Below are positions 37,360 to 48,956 of a stretch of DNA of 64,000 bases, one piece after another. The stretch's first letter is position 1, and every line of letters begins with the position of its first letter. This DNA comes from Mustelus asterias (taxonomy: Eukaryota): contig NC_135808.1 of the NCBI RefSeq assembly GCF_964213995.1, positions 50,778,001 through 50,842,000 of the forward strand, given 5' to 3'. The notes under the pieces are model-generated. The model ran no database searches, was not told the DNA's origin, and saw nothing but the letters and a program-made list of their open reading frames with translations. A program made the position numbers and the translations under genes.

Positions 37360-40300
37360 ATAATTTAATTGGTGATAGAAATGTCGGTCAAATGCTGGCA
37401 CTTGGGAGATGTGGGAGATCCGTGAGGCTTCCAGCGTCTCGGAAGACTACATCTGCTGGAAGTGCACCCAATTGCAGCTCCTCACAGACCACATGGATAG
37501 GTTGGAGCAGCAGTTGGATGCACTTAGGAGCATGAAGATGGCGGAAAGCATCATAGGCAGGAGTTTTAATGATGTGGTGACACCCAAGGTGCAGGCAGAT
37601 AGATGGGTGACCGCGAGAAGCGGCAGGCATTCAGTGCAGGAATTCCGTTTGGTCGATCCCCTCTCTAACAAGTCTACCATTTTGGATATTGTTGGGGGGA
37701 TGGCCTATCAGGGATAACAGCAGCAGCAGCCAGAGCAGTGGCACCATGGCTGGCTCTGTTGTTAAGCAGGGAGGGATAAAGAGCACTCGAGCAATAGTTA
37801 TCGGGGACGCTATAGTTAGGGGTACAGATAGGCAATTCTGTGGACGTAAAAGAGACTCCAGGATGGTATGTTGCCTCCCTGGTGCCAGGGTCAGGATATC
37901 TTTGAACGGGAGAGAGCATTCTGAAGGAAGAGGCTGAACAACCAGAGGTTGTGGTACATATTGGTACTAACGACATCGGCAGGAAGAGTGACGAGGTCCT
38001 GCAGCAGCAGTTTAGGGAGTTAGGTAGAAAATTAAAAAGCAGGGACCCTAGGGTTGTAATCTCAGGATTACTCCCTGTGCCATGTGTTATTGAAGCTAGA
38101 AATAGGAAGATAGTACAGTTCAACACGTAGAACATAGAACATAGAACATTACAGCGCAGTACAGGCCCTTCGGCCCTCGATGTTGCGCCGAACAATGAAA
38201 CCAATCTAAAGCCCATCTGACCTACACTATTCCAATATCATCCATATGTTTATCCAATGACCATTTAAATGCCCTTAATGTTGGCAAGTCCACTACTGCT
38301 GCAGGCAGGGCATTCCATGCCCTTACTACTCTCTGAGTAAAGAACCTACCTCTGACATCTGTCCTATATCTATCACTTTTTTTTTAACTGGTCGGTGCAA
38401 CATCGTGGGCCGAAGGGCCTGTTCTGCGCTGTAGTGTTCTATGTTCTATGTTCTACTCCTCAATTTAAAGCTATGTCCCCTCATGCTATCTATCACCATC
38501 CGAGGAAAAAGGCTCTAACCATCCACCCTATCTAATCCTCTGATCATCTTGTATGCCTCTATTAAGTCACCTCTTAACCTTGTTCTCTCTAACGAGAACA
38601 ACCTCAAGTCCCTCAGCCTTTCCTCATAAGACCTTCCCACCATACCAGGCAACATCCTCGTAAATCTCCTCTGCACCCTTTCCAATGCTTCCACATCCAT
38701 CCTATAATGCGGTGACCAGAACTGTACGCAATACTCCAAGTGCGGCCGCACCAGAGTTTTGTACAGCTGCAACATGACCTCCTGGCTCTGAAACTCAATC
38801 CCTCTACCAATAAAAGCTAACACTCCGTACGCCTTCTTAACAACCCTATCAACCTGGGTGCCAACTTTCAGGGATCTATGCACATGGACACCCAGATCTC
38901 TCTGTTCATCCACACTACCAAGTATCTTACCATTAGCCCAGTACTCTGTAATCCTGTTACTCCTTTCAAAGTGAATCACCTCACACTTTTCCGCATTGAA
39001 CTCCATTTGCCACCTCTCAGCCCAGCACTGCCGCTTATCTATGTCCCTCTGTCACCTGCAACAACCTTCCGCACTGTCCACAACTCCACCAACTTTAGTG
39101 TCATCCACAAATTTACTAACCCATCCTTCTACGCCCTCATCCAGGTCATTTATAAAAATGACAAACAGCAGTGGCCCCAAAACAGATCCTTGCGGTACAC
39201 CACTAGTAACTGAACTCCAGGATGAACATTTCCCATCAACCACCACCCTCTGTCTTCTTACAGCTAGCCAATTCCTGATCCAAACCGCTAAATCACCCTC
39301 AATCCCATGCCTCCGTATCTTCTGCAATAGCTTACCGTGGGGAACCTTATCAAATGCTTTACTGAAATCCATACACACCACATCAACTGCGTTACCCTCA
39401 TCCACCTCTTTGGTCACCTTCTCAAAGAACTCAACAAGGTTTGCGAGGCACGACCTACCCTTCACAAAACCGTGCTGACTATCCCTAATCAAATTATTCC
39501 TTTCCAGATGATTATAAATCCTATCTCTTATAATCCTTTCCAAAACTTTGCCCACAACAGAAGTAAGGCTCACTGGTCTATAATTACCAGGGTTGTCTCT
39601 ACTCCCCTTCTTGAACAAGGGGACAACATTTGCTATCCTCCAGTCTTCTGGCACTATTCCTGTAGACAATGACGACATAAAGATCAAAGCCAAAGGCTCT
39701 GCAATCTCTTCCCTAGTCTCCCAGAGAATCCTGGGATAAATCCCATCCAGCGCAGGGGACTTATCTATTTTCACACTTTCCAGAATTGCTAACACCCCCT
39801 CCTTATTAACCTCAATCCCGTCCAGTCCAACAGCCTGTATCTCAGTATTCTCCTCGACAACATTGTCTTTTTCCTGCGTGAATACTGATGAAAAATATTC
39901 ATTTAGCGCCTCTCCGATCTCTTCAGGCTCCACGCAGCTGAACAGCTGGTGTAGGAGGGAGAGTTTCAGATACCTGGACCATTGGGATCTCTTCCAGGAC
40001 AGGTGGGACCAGTACAAGAAGGACGGGTTGCGTCTAAACTGGAGGGGTGTAAATATTCTGGTCAGTAGGTTTGCGAGTGCCACGCGGGAGGGGGGGTGGG
40101 TGGAGGGGGGGGGGGGGGGGCGGGGTACAAAAGCAAAGGTGAATTGACCGAAGGGGAATGAGAGAGTCGGGCCAGTAAGACTCAGTGAAAGAGGAGGCAG
40201 GGTGGGGTTGCTGATCAAAGAGGGTCTGGTGAACTGAAGAGCATTTGTTTCAATGCGAGAAGTGTAACGGGTAAGGTAGATGAACTTAGAGCTTGGATTG

Positions 40301-40720
40301 GAGATCCGTGGTTTGTTCTCATTATAACGACAGAGGTTGAGGGCGACCTGATAGACGTCTACAAGATTGTGAGGGGCATGGACAGAATGATTAGTCAGAA
40401 GCTTTTTCCCAGGGTGGAAGTGTCAATTACTAGGGGGCATAGGTTTAAGGTGCGAGGGGCAAGGTTTAAAGGAGATGTACGACGCAACTTTTTTAAACAG
40501 AGGGTGGTGGGTGCCTGGAACTCGCTACTGGGGGATGGAGTGGAAGCAGATACGACAGTGACTTTTAAGGGTCTTGACAAATACATGAATAGAATGGGAA
40601 TAGAGGGATATGGTCCCAAGAAGGGGAGGGGGTTTTAGTTCAGACGGCAGCATGGTCGGTGCAGGCTTGGAGGGCCGAAGAGTCTGTTCCTGTGCTGTAA
40701 TTTTCTTTTGTTCTTTGTTC
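37360..40720 (+). mobile_element. Degenerate CR1 (ORF1 esterase, start of APE, 3' end) split by a nested antisense CR1
   Basis: ICWKCTQLQLL, IVIGDAIVRGTD, VCCLPGA, DGL.LN. Confidence 0.85.
38130..39935 (-). mobile_element. 5'-truncated CR1 ORF2 nested in the previous element; itself carries a ~80-bp + strand CR1 3' end at 38377-38455
   Basis: [31 protein letters not shown]; (TTCTATG)n tail; CACG duplicated at the junctions. Confidence 0.9.
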
Positions 40721-41679
40721 TAAATCCAGGCAGTGGATTGGGAAATAAGGCCAGGATGGGAAAGACCAGGAAGCTCACTGTAAGTTCTGAAACAGAAAGA
40801 GGTCGTGATCCCAGGAAAAGATCATGAACTTGGAATCAGGAATCTGATCACATGTGGGAAAGATGATTTGACCCATAGTCATAGTGACTATGTCACTACC
40901 TATGTCGTCAGTTACAATATGTACCACAACCTCTGGTTGTTCAGCCTCCTCCTTCAGAATGCTCCCTGCCCGTTCAAAGATATCCTGGACCCTGGCACCA
41001 GGGAGGCAACATACCATCCTGGAGTCTCTTTCGCATCCACAGAATTGCCTATATGTGCCAGATAGAGAGAGGGGAAGAGTCGAGGTCAGAGAATGATAAG
41101 AAAAGGAACTGTGGATTATGGTCGAATGTCACTAGAAGCAGAAGCCTTCCATATAGAAAGGTTTCAATAGTTGCTAATCAATTGCAAGATAAGTTGATAA
41201 AGGAAGCAAAACAAAAGGAGTTGGAGAGAATTTGAAGTTTCCACTAAAATATCAGATAGGAGACAGTCAGACTTGACTCACAGTGGATATGTACAGAAAC
41301 ATCTCTCCCTAACAGCACTTGAAAGGCTAAGGCTAGACTGGGAACTCGGGAATTTGAGGAGAGACTTGTGGATCAAGTTCTCAGGGTGGAATCCCCAACT
41401 GTAGGGAAAGTAAGCTTGAAGATATTTTTCGCCACTTTAGTGACATACTCCTGGAAGTGCAGATTGATATGGGACTGTGGCACATTGGTTTGCACTGGTG
41501 CCTCACAGCGCCTGGGACCTGGGTTCCATTCCGGTCTTGGGTCACCCTCTGTGCGAAGTTTGCACGTTCTTCCCATGTCTGCGTGGATTTCCCCCGGATG
41601 CTCTGGTTTCCTCCCACAGTCCGAAAATATGCAGGTTTGGTGGATTGGTCATGCTTAATTGCCCTTGGTGTCCAAAGAT

Positions 41680-43186
41680 CAGTGTTCCTCTGGGAGCGGA
41701 CCTGCGGGGTGGAGACTGTGAGCGGTGAGAGAGAGAGCGCGGACTGTGAGTAAATTCTGGGTTTTTTTTTTGTCTAATTTTCGGGAGGTTTTTTGTAATT
41801 AACGGAAACCGGAAGGCCGCATCGCGAAGCCTGCCGGTAGCTGTAGTTTTTTTTTTTCTCTCACTTACCTTATAAGTACTCGCCTCGGGGTATCGGCCTC
41901 AGTGTTCCTCTGGGAGCGGACCTGCGGGGTGGAGACTGTGAGCGGTGAGAGAGAGAGCGCGGACTGTGAGTAAATTCTGGGGTTTTTTTTTGTCTAATTT
42001 TTGGGAGGTTTTTTGTAATTAACGGAAACCGGAAGGCCGCATCGCGAAGCCTGCCGGTAGCTGTAGTTTTTTTTTTTCCTCTCACTTACCTTATAAGTAC
42101 TCGCCTCGGGGTATCGGCCTCAGTGTTCCTCTGGGAGCGGACCTGCGGGGTGGAGACTGTGAGCGGTGAGAGAGAGAGCGCGGACTGTGAGTAAATTCTG
42201 GGGTTTTTTTTTGTCTAATTTTTGGGAGGTTTTTTGTAATTAACGGAAACCGGAAGGCCGCATCGCGAAGCCTGCCGGTAGCTGTAGTTTTTTTTTTTCC
42301 TCTCACTTACCTTATAAGTACTCGCCTCGGGGTATCGGCCTCAGTGTTCCTCTGGGAGCGGACCTGCGGGGTGGAGACTGTGAGCGGTGAGAGAGAGAGC
42401 GCGGACTGTGAGTAAATTCTGGGGTTTTTTTTTGTCTAATTTTCGGGAGGTTTTTTGTAATTAACGGAAACCGGAAGACCGCATCGCGAAGCCTGCCGGT
42501 AGCTGTAGTTTTTTTTTTTCCTCTCACTTACCTTATAAGTACTCGCCTCGGGGTATCGGCCTCAGTGTTCCTCTGGGAGCGGACCTGCGGGGTGGAGACT
42601 GGGAGCGGTGAGAGAGAGAGCGCGGACTGTGAGTAAATTCTGGGTTTTTTTTTTTGTCTAATTTTCGGGAGGTTTTTTGTAATTAACGGAAACCGGAAGG
42701 CCGCATCGCGAAGCCTGCCGGTAGCTGTAGTTTTTTTTTTTCCTCTCACTTACCTTATAAGTACTCGCCTCGGGGTATCGGCCTCAGTGTTCCTCTGGGA
42801 GCGGACCTGCGGGGTGGAGACTGTGAGCGGTGAGAGAGAGAGCGCGGACTGTGAGTAAATTCTGGGTTTTTTTTTTGTCTAATTTTCGGGAGGTTTTTTG
42901 TAATTAACGGAAACCGGAAGGCCGCATCGCGAAGCCTGCCGGTAGCTGTAGTTTTTTTTTTTCCTCTCACTTACCTTATAAGTACTCGCCTCGGGGTATC
43001 GGCCTCAGTGTTCCTCTGGGAGCGGACCTGCGGGGTGGAGACTGGGAGCGGTGAGAGAGAGAGCGCGGACTGTGAGTAAATTCTGGGTTTTTTTTTTGTC
43101 TAATTTTCGGGAGGTTTTTTGTAATTAACGGAAACCGGAAGGCCGCATCGCGAAGCCTGCCGGTAGCTGTAGTTTTTTTTTCTCTC
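41680..43186 (+). repeat. Seven tandem ~221-bp CpG-rich monomers forming the LINE 5'UTR
   Basis: Starts at 41680, 41900, 42121, 42342, 42563, 42785 and 43006 (last one partial); differences mostly in T-run length. Confidence 0.96.
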
Positions 43187-43322
43187 GGGCCCCTAGCCCT
43201 ATAAATTGGTGCAGAGGAGATACCCAATCCTCTACACTGGTAGAGGATCCCATCCTTCCATCCTCCTCTAACCTAATTATAAGTGTGGGGAAGTTTTTTG
43301 TTTTCTTTTTTTCTTGCTGGTA

Positions 43323-44276
43323 ATGGCTTCAGGGATGGCAGTTCAGGCAGTATGCTGCATCTCCTGTGGGATGTATGTGGTGAGGAAATCCAGTAGTGTT
43401 TCAGGAGATTTTAGTTGTAAGAAGTGCATTAGATTGCAGCTTCTGGAGGAGCGTGTAAAGGAGATGGAGGGGGAGTTAGAGGAACTCCGCATAATTCGGG
43501 AGGCGGAGGTGGAAGTTGATAGGAGTTATAGAGAAATAGTAACTCCTAGAAATGAGGCTTGGGTCAATGCCAGGAGGAGGGGTAAGAAGCAATCGGGAAG
43601 ACAATCCCCTGGGGCGGTTCCCCTCCATAATAGGTTTTCGGTGCTGGAGGCTACAGTTGAGGAGGAATCAACTGAGCATAGAGAGCAGATCTCTGGGGGT
43701 GAGCCGAGTGAGAAAGCTCAGGTGGTTAGGGGCTGTAAAAGACTGGGCCTTGTGATTGGGGACTCCACAATTAAGGGGACAGATAGGAGGGTCGGAACTA
43801 AAGGTAGGGACTCAGGGTTGGTGTGTTGCCTACCAGGGGCTGGGGTCCGGGATGTGTCTGACAGGGTATTCAGGACTCTTAGGGGGGAGGGAGATAAACC
43901 ACAAGTTATTGTACATGTGGGGACACACGACATAGGGAGGATAGGGGAAGGGGATATTAGGCAGGGATTTATGGAGTTGGGGTGGAAACTAAAGGCCAAG
44001 ACTGACAGAGTGGTTATCTCTGGACTCTTGCCTGTACCACGGGATAGTTTAGAGAGGAATAGGGAGAGGGAAGGTTTGAATTCATGGCTGAGGGGATGGT
44101 GCAGGAGGGAGGGGTTCAGGTACTTAAGCAATTGGGGCTCGTACTGGGGAAGGTGTGACCTCTATGAGAAGGATGGTCTACACCTTAATCAGAAGGGGAC
44201 CAATATCCTGGGGGGTAAATTTGCTAAGGCCATGCAGGGAGGTTTAAACTTATTCGGGGGGGGGGAGCGATCCTGA
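43323..44276 (+). CDS. CR1 ORF1p: zinc finger, coiled coil, SGNH esterase
   Basis: CISC..CKKC; heptads LQLLEERVKEMEGELEEL; VIGDS, CLPGA, HVGTHD, DGLHLN. Confidence 0.93.
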   Translation: MASGMAVQAVCCISCGMYVVRKSSSVSGDFSCKKCIRLQLLEERVKEMEGELEELRIIREAEVEVDRSYREIVTPRNEAWVNARRRGKKQSGRQSPGAVPLHNRFSVLEATVEEESTEHREQISGGEPSEKAQVVRGCKRLGLVIGDSTIKGTDRRVGTKGRDSGLVCCLPGAGVRDVSDRVFRTLRGEGDKPQVIVHVGTHDIGRIGEGDIRQGFMELGWKLKAKTDRVVISGLLPVPRDSLERNREREGLNSWLRGWCRREGFRYLSNWGSYWGRCDLYEKDGLHLNQKGTNILGGKFAKAMQGGLNLFGGGERS

Positions 44277-44302
44277 GTAGTGGGGCTGAAAGTGAGGGAT
44301 GC

Positions 44303-47122
44303 ATGGATGGGGACTGCAATGCACGGCATTGCAGAGGTGGGGTGGAGCAGGGTTTGAAATGTGTATACTTCAATGCCAGGAGTATTCGCAATAAAGTGGG
44401 TGAACTTGCAGCGTGGATCAGTACCTGGGACTTCGATGTTGTGGCTATTTCAGAGACATGGATAGAGCAGGGGCAGGAATGGATGCTGCAGGTCCCGGGG
44501 TTCAAATGTTTTAGTCGAAGTAGGGAAGGAGGTAGAAGAGGGGGAGGGGTAGCATTATTGGTCAGAGATTGTATCACAGTGTCAGAGAGGAGGTTTGATG
44601 AGGACTTATCTGTTGAGGTAGTATGGGCGGAGATTAGAAATAGGAGAGGAGAGGTCACCCTGTTGGGAGTCTTTTATAGACCTCCTAAAAGTTCTAGAGA
44701 GGTTGAGGAAAGGATTGCGGAGTCAATCCTGCTTAGGAGTGAAAGTAATAGGGCAATTGTTATGGGGGATTTTAACTTGACTAATATTGACTGGAATTGT
44801 TATAGCTCTAGCTCGTTAGAGGGGTCAGTTTTTGTTCAAAGCGTGCAGGAAGGTTTTTTGACTCAGTATGTAGACAGGCCAACTAGAGGTGAGGCTATAT
44901 TGGATCTGGTGCTGGGAAATGAGCCAGACCAGGTGCTAGACTTGGAAGTTGGTGTGCATTTTGGTGATAGTGACCACAATTCGGTTACGTTCACCTTAGT
45001 GATGGAAAGGGATAGGCATGAACCTCGGGCCAGTGGTTTTAGCTGGGGGAAGGGTAATTATGAGGCTATTAGGAGAGAATTAGGAAACATAGGTTGGACT
45101 AGGAGATTACAGGGACTGGGAACGTCCGACATGTGGAGTTTTTTCAAGGAGCAGCTACTGCGAGTCTGTGATAGGTATGTCCCTGTCAGGCAAGGAGGAA
45201 TTGGTAGGGCTAGGGAACCGTGGTGCACCAAAAAAGTTTCTTTGTTGGTTAAAAAGAAAAAGGAGGCTTATGTTCGGATGAGACGTGAGCACTCGGGTAG
45301 TGCACTAGAAAGCTTTAGATTGGCTAAGAGGGAGTTGAAGAGCGAGCTTAGAAGGGCTAAAAGGGGACATGAGAAGACTTTGGCGGATAGGGTTAAAGAG
45401 AATCCTAAGGCGTTCTATAGGTATGTCAAGAACAGAAGGTTGGTTAGGGCAAGTTTAGGGCCAGTTATAGATGGCAGAGGGAAGTTATGTGTGGAACCGG
45501 AGGAGATTGGTGAAGCATTGAACCAATATTTCTCTTCGGTGTTCACGCAAGGGGACATGAATATAGCTGAGGAGGACACTGGGTTGCAGGGGAGTAGAAT
45601 AGACAGTATTACAGTTGATAAGGAGGATGTGCAGGATATTCTGGAGGGTCTGAAAATAGATAAATCCCCTGGTCCGGATGGGATTTATCCAAGGATTCTC
45701 TGGGAGGCAAGAGAAGTGATTGCAGAGCTTCTGGCTCTGATCTTCAGGTCGTCGTTGGCCTCTGGTATAGTACCAGAAGATTGGAGGTTAGCGAATGTTG
45801 TCCCATTGTTTAAGAAGGGGAACAGAGACTTCCCCGGGAATTATAGACCGGTGAGTCTCACTTCTGTTGTCGGCAAGATGTTGGAAAAAATTATAAGGGA
45901 TAGGATTTATAGTTATTTGGAGAGTAATGAATTGATAGGTGATAGTCAGCATGGTTTTGTGGCAGGTAGGTCGTGCCTTACTAACCTTATTGAGTTTTTT
46001 GAGAAAGTGACCAAGGAGGTGGATGGGGGCAAGGCAGTGGACGTGGTATATATGGATTTTAGTAAGGCGTTTGATAAGGTTCACCATGGTAGGCTTCTGC
46101 AGAAAATGCAGATGTATGGGATTGGGGGTGATCTAGGAAATTGGATCAGGAATTGGCTAGCGGATAGGAAACAGAGGGTGGTGGTTGATAGTAAATATTC
46201 ATCATGGAGTGCGGTTACAAGTGGTGTACCTCAGGGATCTGTTTTGGGGCCACTGCTGTTTGTAATATTTATTAATGATCTGGATGAGGGTATAGTTGGG
46301 TGGATTAGCAAATTTGCTGATGACACCAAAGTCGGTGGTGTGGTAGACAGTGAGGAAGGGTGTCGTAGTTTGCAGGAAGACTTAGACAGGTTGCAAAGTT
46401 GGGCCGAGAGGTGGCGGATGGAGTTTAATGCGGAGAAGTGTGAGGTAATTCACTTTGGTAGGAATAACAGATGTGTTGAGTATAGGGCTAACGGGAGGAC
46501 TTTGAATAGTGTGGAGGAGCAGAGGGATCTAGGTGTATGTGTGCATAGATCCCTGAAAGTTGGGAATCAAGTAGATAAGGTTGTTAAGAAGGCATATGGT
46601 GTCTTGGCGTTTATTGGTAGGGGGATTGAATTTAGGAGTCGTAGCGTTATGTTGCAACTGTACACAACTCTGGTGCGGCCGCACTTGGAGTACTGTGTGC
46701 AGTTCTGGTCCCCACATTACAGGAAGGATGTGGAGGCTTTGGAGAGGGTGCAGAGGAGGTTTACCAGGATGTTGCCTGGTATGGAGGGGAGATCCTATGA
46801 GGAGAGGCTGAGGGATTTGGGATTGTTTTCGCTGGAAAGGCGGCGGCTAAGAGGGGATCTTATTGAAACATATAAGATGATTAGAGGTTTAGATAGGGTG
46901 GATAGTGATAGCCTTTTTCCTCTGATGGAGAAATCCAGCACGAGGGGGCATGGCTTTAAATTGAGGGGGGGTTGTTATAGAACCGATGTCAGGGGTAGGT
47001 TCTTTACCCAGAGGGTGGTGAGGGATTGGAATGCCCTGCCAGCATCAGTTGTAAATGCGCCTAGTTTGGGGGCGTTTAAGAGATCCGTAGATAGGTTCAT
47101 GGACGAAAAGAAATTGGTTTAG
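44303..47122 (+). CDS. CR1 ORF2p: APE endonuclease and reverse transcriptase, 939 aa
   Basis: YFNARSI, ISETW, MGDFN, SDH; [28 protein letters not shown]; no stops. Confidence 0.97.
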   Translation: MDGDCNARHCRGGVEQGLKCVYFNARSIRNKVGELAAWISTWDFDVVAISETWIEQGQEWMLQVPGFKCFSRSREGGRRGGGVALLVRDCITVSERRFDEDLSVEVVWAEIRNRRGEVTLLGVFYRPPKSSREVEERIAESILLRSESNRAIVMGDFNLTNIDWNCYSSSSLEGSVFVQSVQEGFLTQYVDRPTRGEAILDLVLGNEPDQVLDLEVGVHFGDSDHNSVTFTLVMERDRHEPRASGFSWGKGNYEAIRRELGNIGWTRRLQGLGTSDMWSFFKEQLLRVCDRYVPVRQGGIGRAREPWCTKKVSLLVKKKKEAYVRMRREHSGSALESFRLAKRELKSELRRAKRGHEKTLADRVKENPKAFYRYVKNRRLVRASLGPVIDGRGKLCVEPEEIGEALNQYFSSVFTQGDMNIAEEDTGLQGSRIDSITVDKEDVQDILEGLKIDKSPGPDGIYPRILWEAREVIAELLALIFRSSLASGIVPEDWRLANVVPLFKKGNRDFPGNYRPVSLTSVVGKMLEKIIRDRIYSYLESNELIGDSQHGFVAGRSCLTNLIEFFEKVTKEVDGGKAVDVVYMDFSKAFDKVHHGRLLQKMQMYGIGGDLGNWIRNWLADRKQRVVVDSKYSSWSAVTSGVPQGSVLGPLLFVIFINDLDEGIVGWISKFADDTKVGGVVDSEEGCRSLQEDLDRLQSWAERWRMEFNAEKCEVIHFGRNNRCVEYRANGRTLNSVEEQRDLGVCVHRSLKVGNQVDKVVKKAYGVLAFIGRGIEFRSRSVMLQLYTTLVRPHLEYCVQFWSPHYRKDVEALERVQRRFTRMLPGMEGRSYEERLRDLGLFSLERRRLRGDLIETYKMIRGLDRVDSDSLFPLMEKSSTRGHGFKLRGGCYRTDVRGRFFTQRVVRDWNALPASVVNAPSLGAFKRSVDRFMDEKKLV

Positions 47123-47559
47123 GTTGGAGGGTCACAGTTTTTTTTTAACTGGTCGGTGCAACATCGTGGGCCGAAGGGCCTGTTCTGCGCTGTAATGTTC
47201 TATGTTCTATGTTCTAAAGATGTGCAGGTTTGGTCGATTAGCCATAGTAAATGTATGGGGTTATGGGGATTGGGGTAGAGGGGTGGGCCTGGATAAGATG
47301 CTCTTTCGGAGAGTCAGTGTAGACTCAATGGGCTGAATGGCCTCTTTCTGCACTGTAGGGATTCTAAGATATAAATGCGGCATTTTTGTGGGGTGAGAAA
47401 TTTCAAAGGGAAATATTTTGAAGCATCTAAAGAAGCCTGTTAACGAGAAGGAAAATTGTGAAATTAAATAAGTGTTTATGGATTGAATGATGTATTATGA
47501 ATAGGGGATTATGAACTATCCGCAAATCCACCAACCTTTGTGTTGTCCGCATTATGAAT

Positions 47560-48383
47560 ATGAAATGGCAGTTGGAGTTTAATCCGGACAAATGTGAGGT
47601 AATGCATTTTGGAAGGTCTAATACAGAAAGGAAATATACAGTAAATGGCAGAACCCTGAAGAGTATTGATAGGCAAAGGGATCTGGGTGTACAGGTACAC
47701 AGGTCACTGAAAGTGGCAATGCAAGTGGAGAAGGTAATCAAGAAGGCATACGGCATGCTGGCCTTCATCGGCCGGGGTATTGAGTTAAAAAATTGGCAAG
47801 TCATGTTGCAGCTTTATAGAACCTTAGTGAGGTCGCACTTGGAATTTCATGTTTAATTCTGGTTGCCACACTACCAGAAGGATGTGGAGGCTTTGGAGAG
47901 GGTACAGAAAAGATTTACCAGGATGTTGCCTGGTATGAAGGGCATTAGCTATGAGGAGAGGTTGGAGAAACTTGGTTTGTTCTCAGTGGAGCGACGGAGG
48001 TTGAGGGGAGACCTGATAGAAGTCTACAAGATTATGAGAGGCATGGACAGAGTTGATATTCAGAAGGTTTTTCCCAGGGTAAAAGAGTAAATTACTCGGG
48101 GGCATAGGTTTAAAGTGCAAGGGGCAAGGTTTAAAGGAGATGTACAAGGCAGATTTTTTACACAGTGAGTGGTGGGTGCCTGGAACTCGTTGCCGGGGGA
48201 GGTAGTGGAAGCGGATACGGTAGTGACTTTTAAGGGGCGTCTTGACAAGTACATGAATAGGATGGCAATAGAGGGATATGGTCCCCGGAAGGGGAGGGGT
48301 TTTAGTTAAGTCGGGCAGCATGGTCGGTGCAGGCTTGGAGGGCCGAAGGGCCTGGTCCTGTGATGTAATTTTCTTTGTTCTTG
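47560..48383 (+). mobile_element. 5'-truncated CR1
   Basis: WQLEFNPDKCEVMHFG through to the 3' tail. Confidence 0.88.
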
Positions 48384-48956
48384 GTATTTCTCTCAGAGGT
48401 TGGCGCTGTTGAAAATGGGTTGTTTCCAGATGAAAGCAGACTCTGCGATGTTCTATTGGTGTCACAAGGAGAGATCAGCAGGAATCTTTATCATGAATGT
48501 GGGTGATTTTCTGTGGGGAGGTTTTGTTGAATTTGATCAATGGATGATCAATGAAATCAAGAAGGAATTCCAGGTTGGAAGCCAGGCTTCAGGAGCTTTT
48601 AAACACATCGGTTAAAACATGAAGCAAAAGAAGTCAGGTGTGACATTGAACCGACAATCATTTGGGAAATGTTAATCCCATCCAATAAATCGGGTCAGAT
48701 CCTCACAAAAAGAGAATCCAGTGTCCAAGGAAGAAACGGATCCTTTGAGAAGTTTGATTGGACAGTTGACCTGGTTGTGTACTCAGACCAGACCTGATGC
48801 CAGTTGTGAGGTGTTGGAGCAGAGTACATGATGAAGCAGGCCAGGAGAGAGGGGAAGCTCTGAGAGCAAACAAAACATTGAAGGAACTAAACTTGGAGAA
48901 ACCCAGACTCAAGTTCCCAGCCCTGGGTGAACCAGATGATATGAGATTGGTAAGAT

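Larger units (their letters stand above)
41680..47215 (+). mobile_element. Full-length, ORF-intact CR1-clade LINE (HER1-like)
   Basis: TSD AAAGAT (41674-79/47216-21); monomeric 5'UTR; ORF1 and ORF2 open; (GTTCTAT)n tail. Confidence 0.97.
41475..47366 (+). mobile_element. HE1-like SINE split by the full-length LINE (41475-41679 and 47216-47366)
   Basis: SINE sequence resumes after TSD AAAGAT. Confidence 0.85.

Noticed and set aside
41786-41827. 23-RSS-like pattern in LINE monomers (GTTTTTTGT-23-CATCGCG) as a kappa-deleting element
   Set aside because: Heptamer lacks the essential CAC/GTG and the motif belongs to the LINE
41870-43227. Repeated 71-aa minus-strand ORFs
   Set aside because: By-product of the 221-bp monomers; non-ATG starts, and frames change with T-run length
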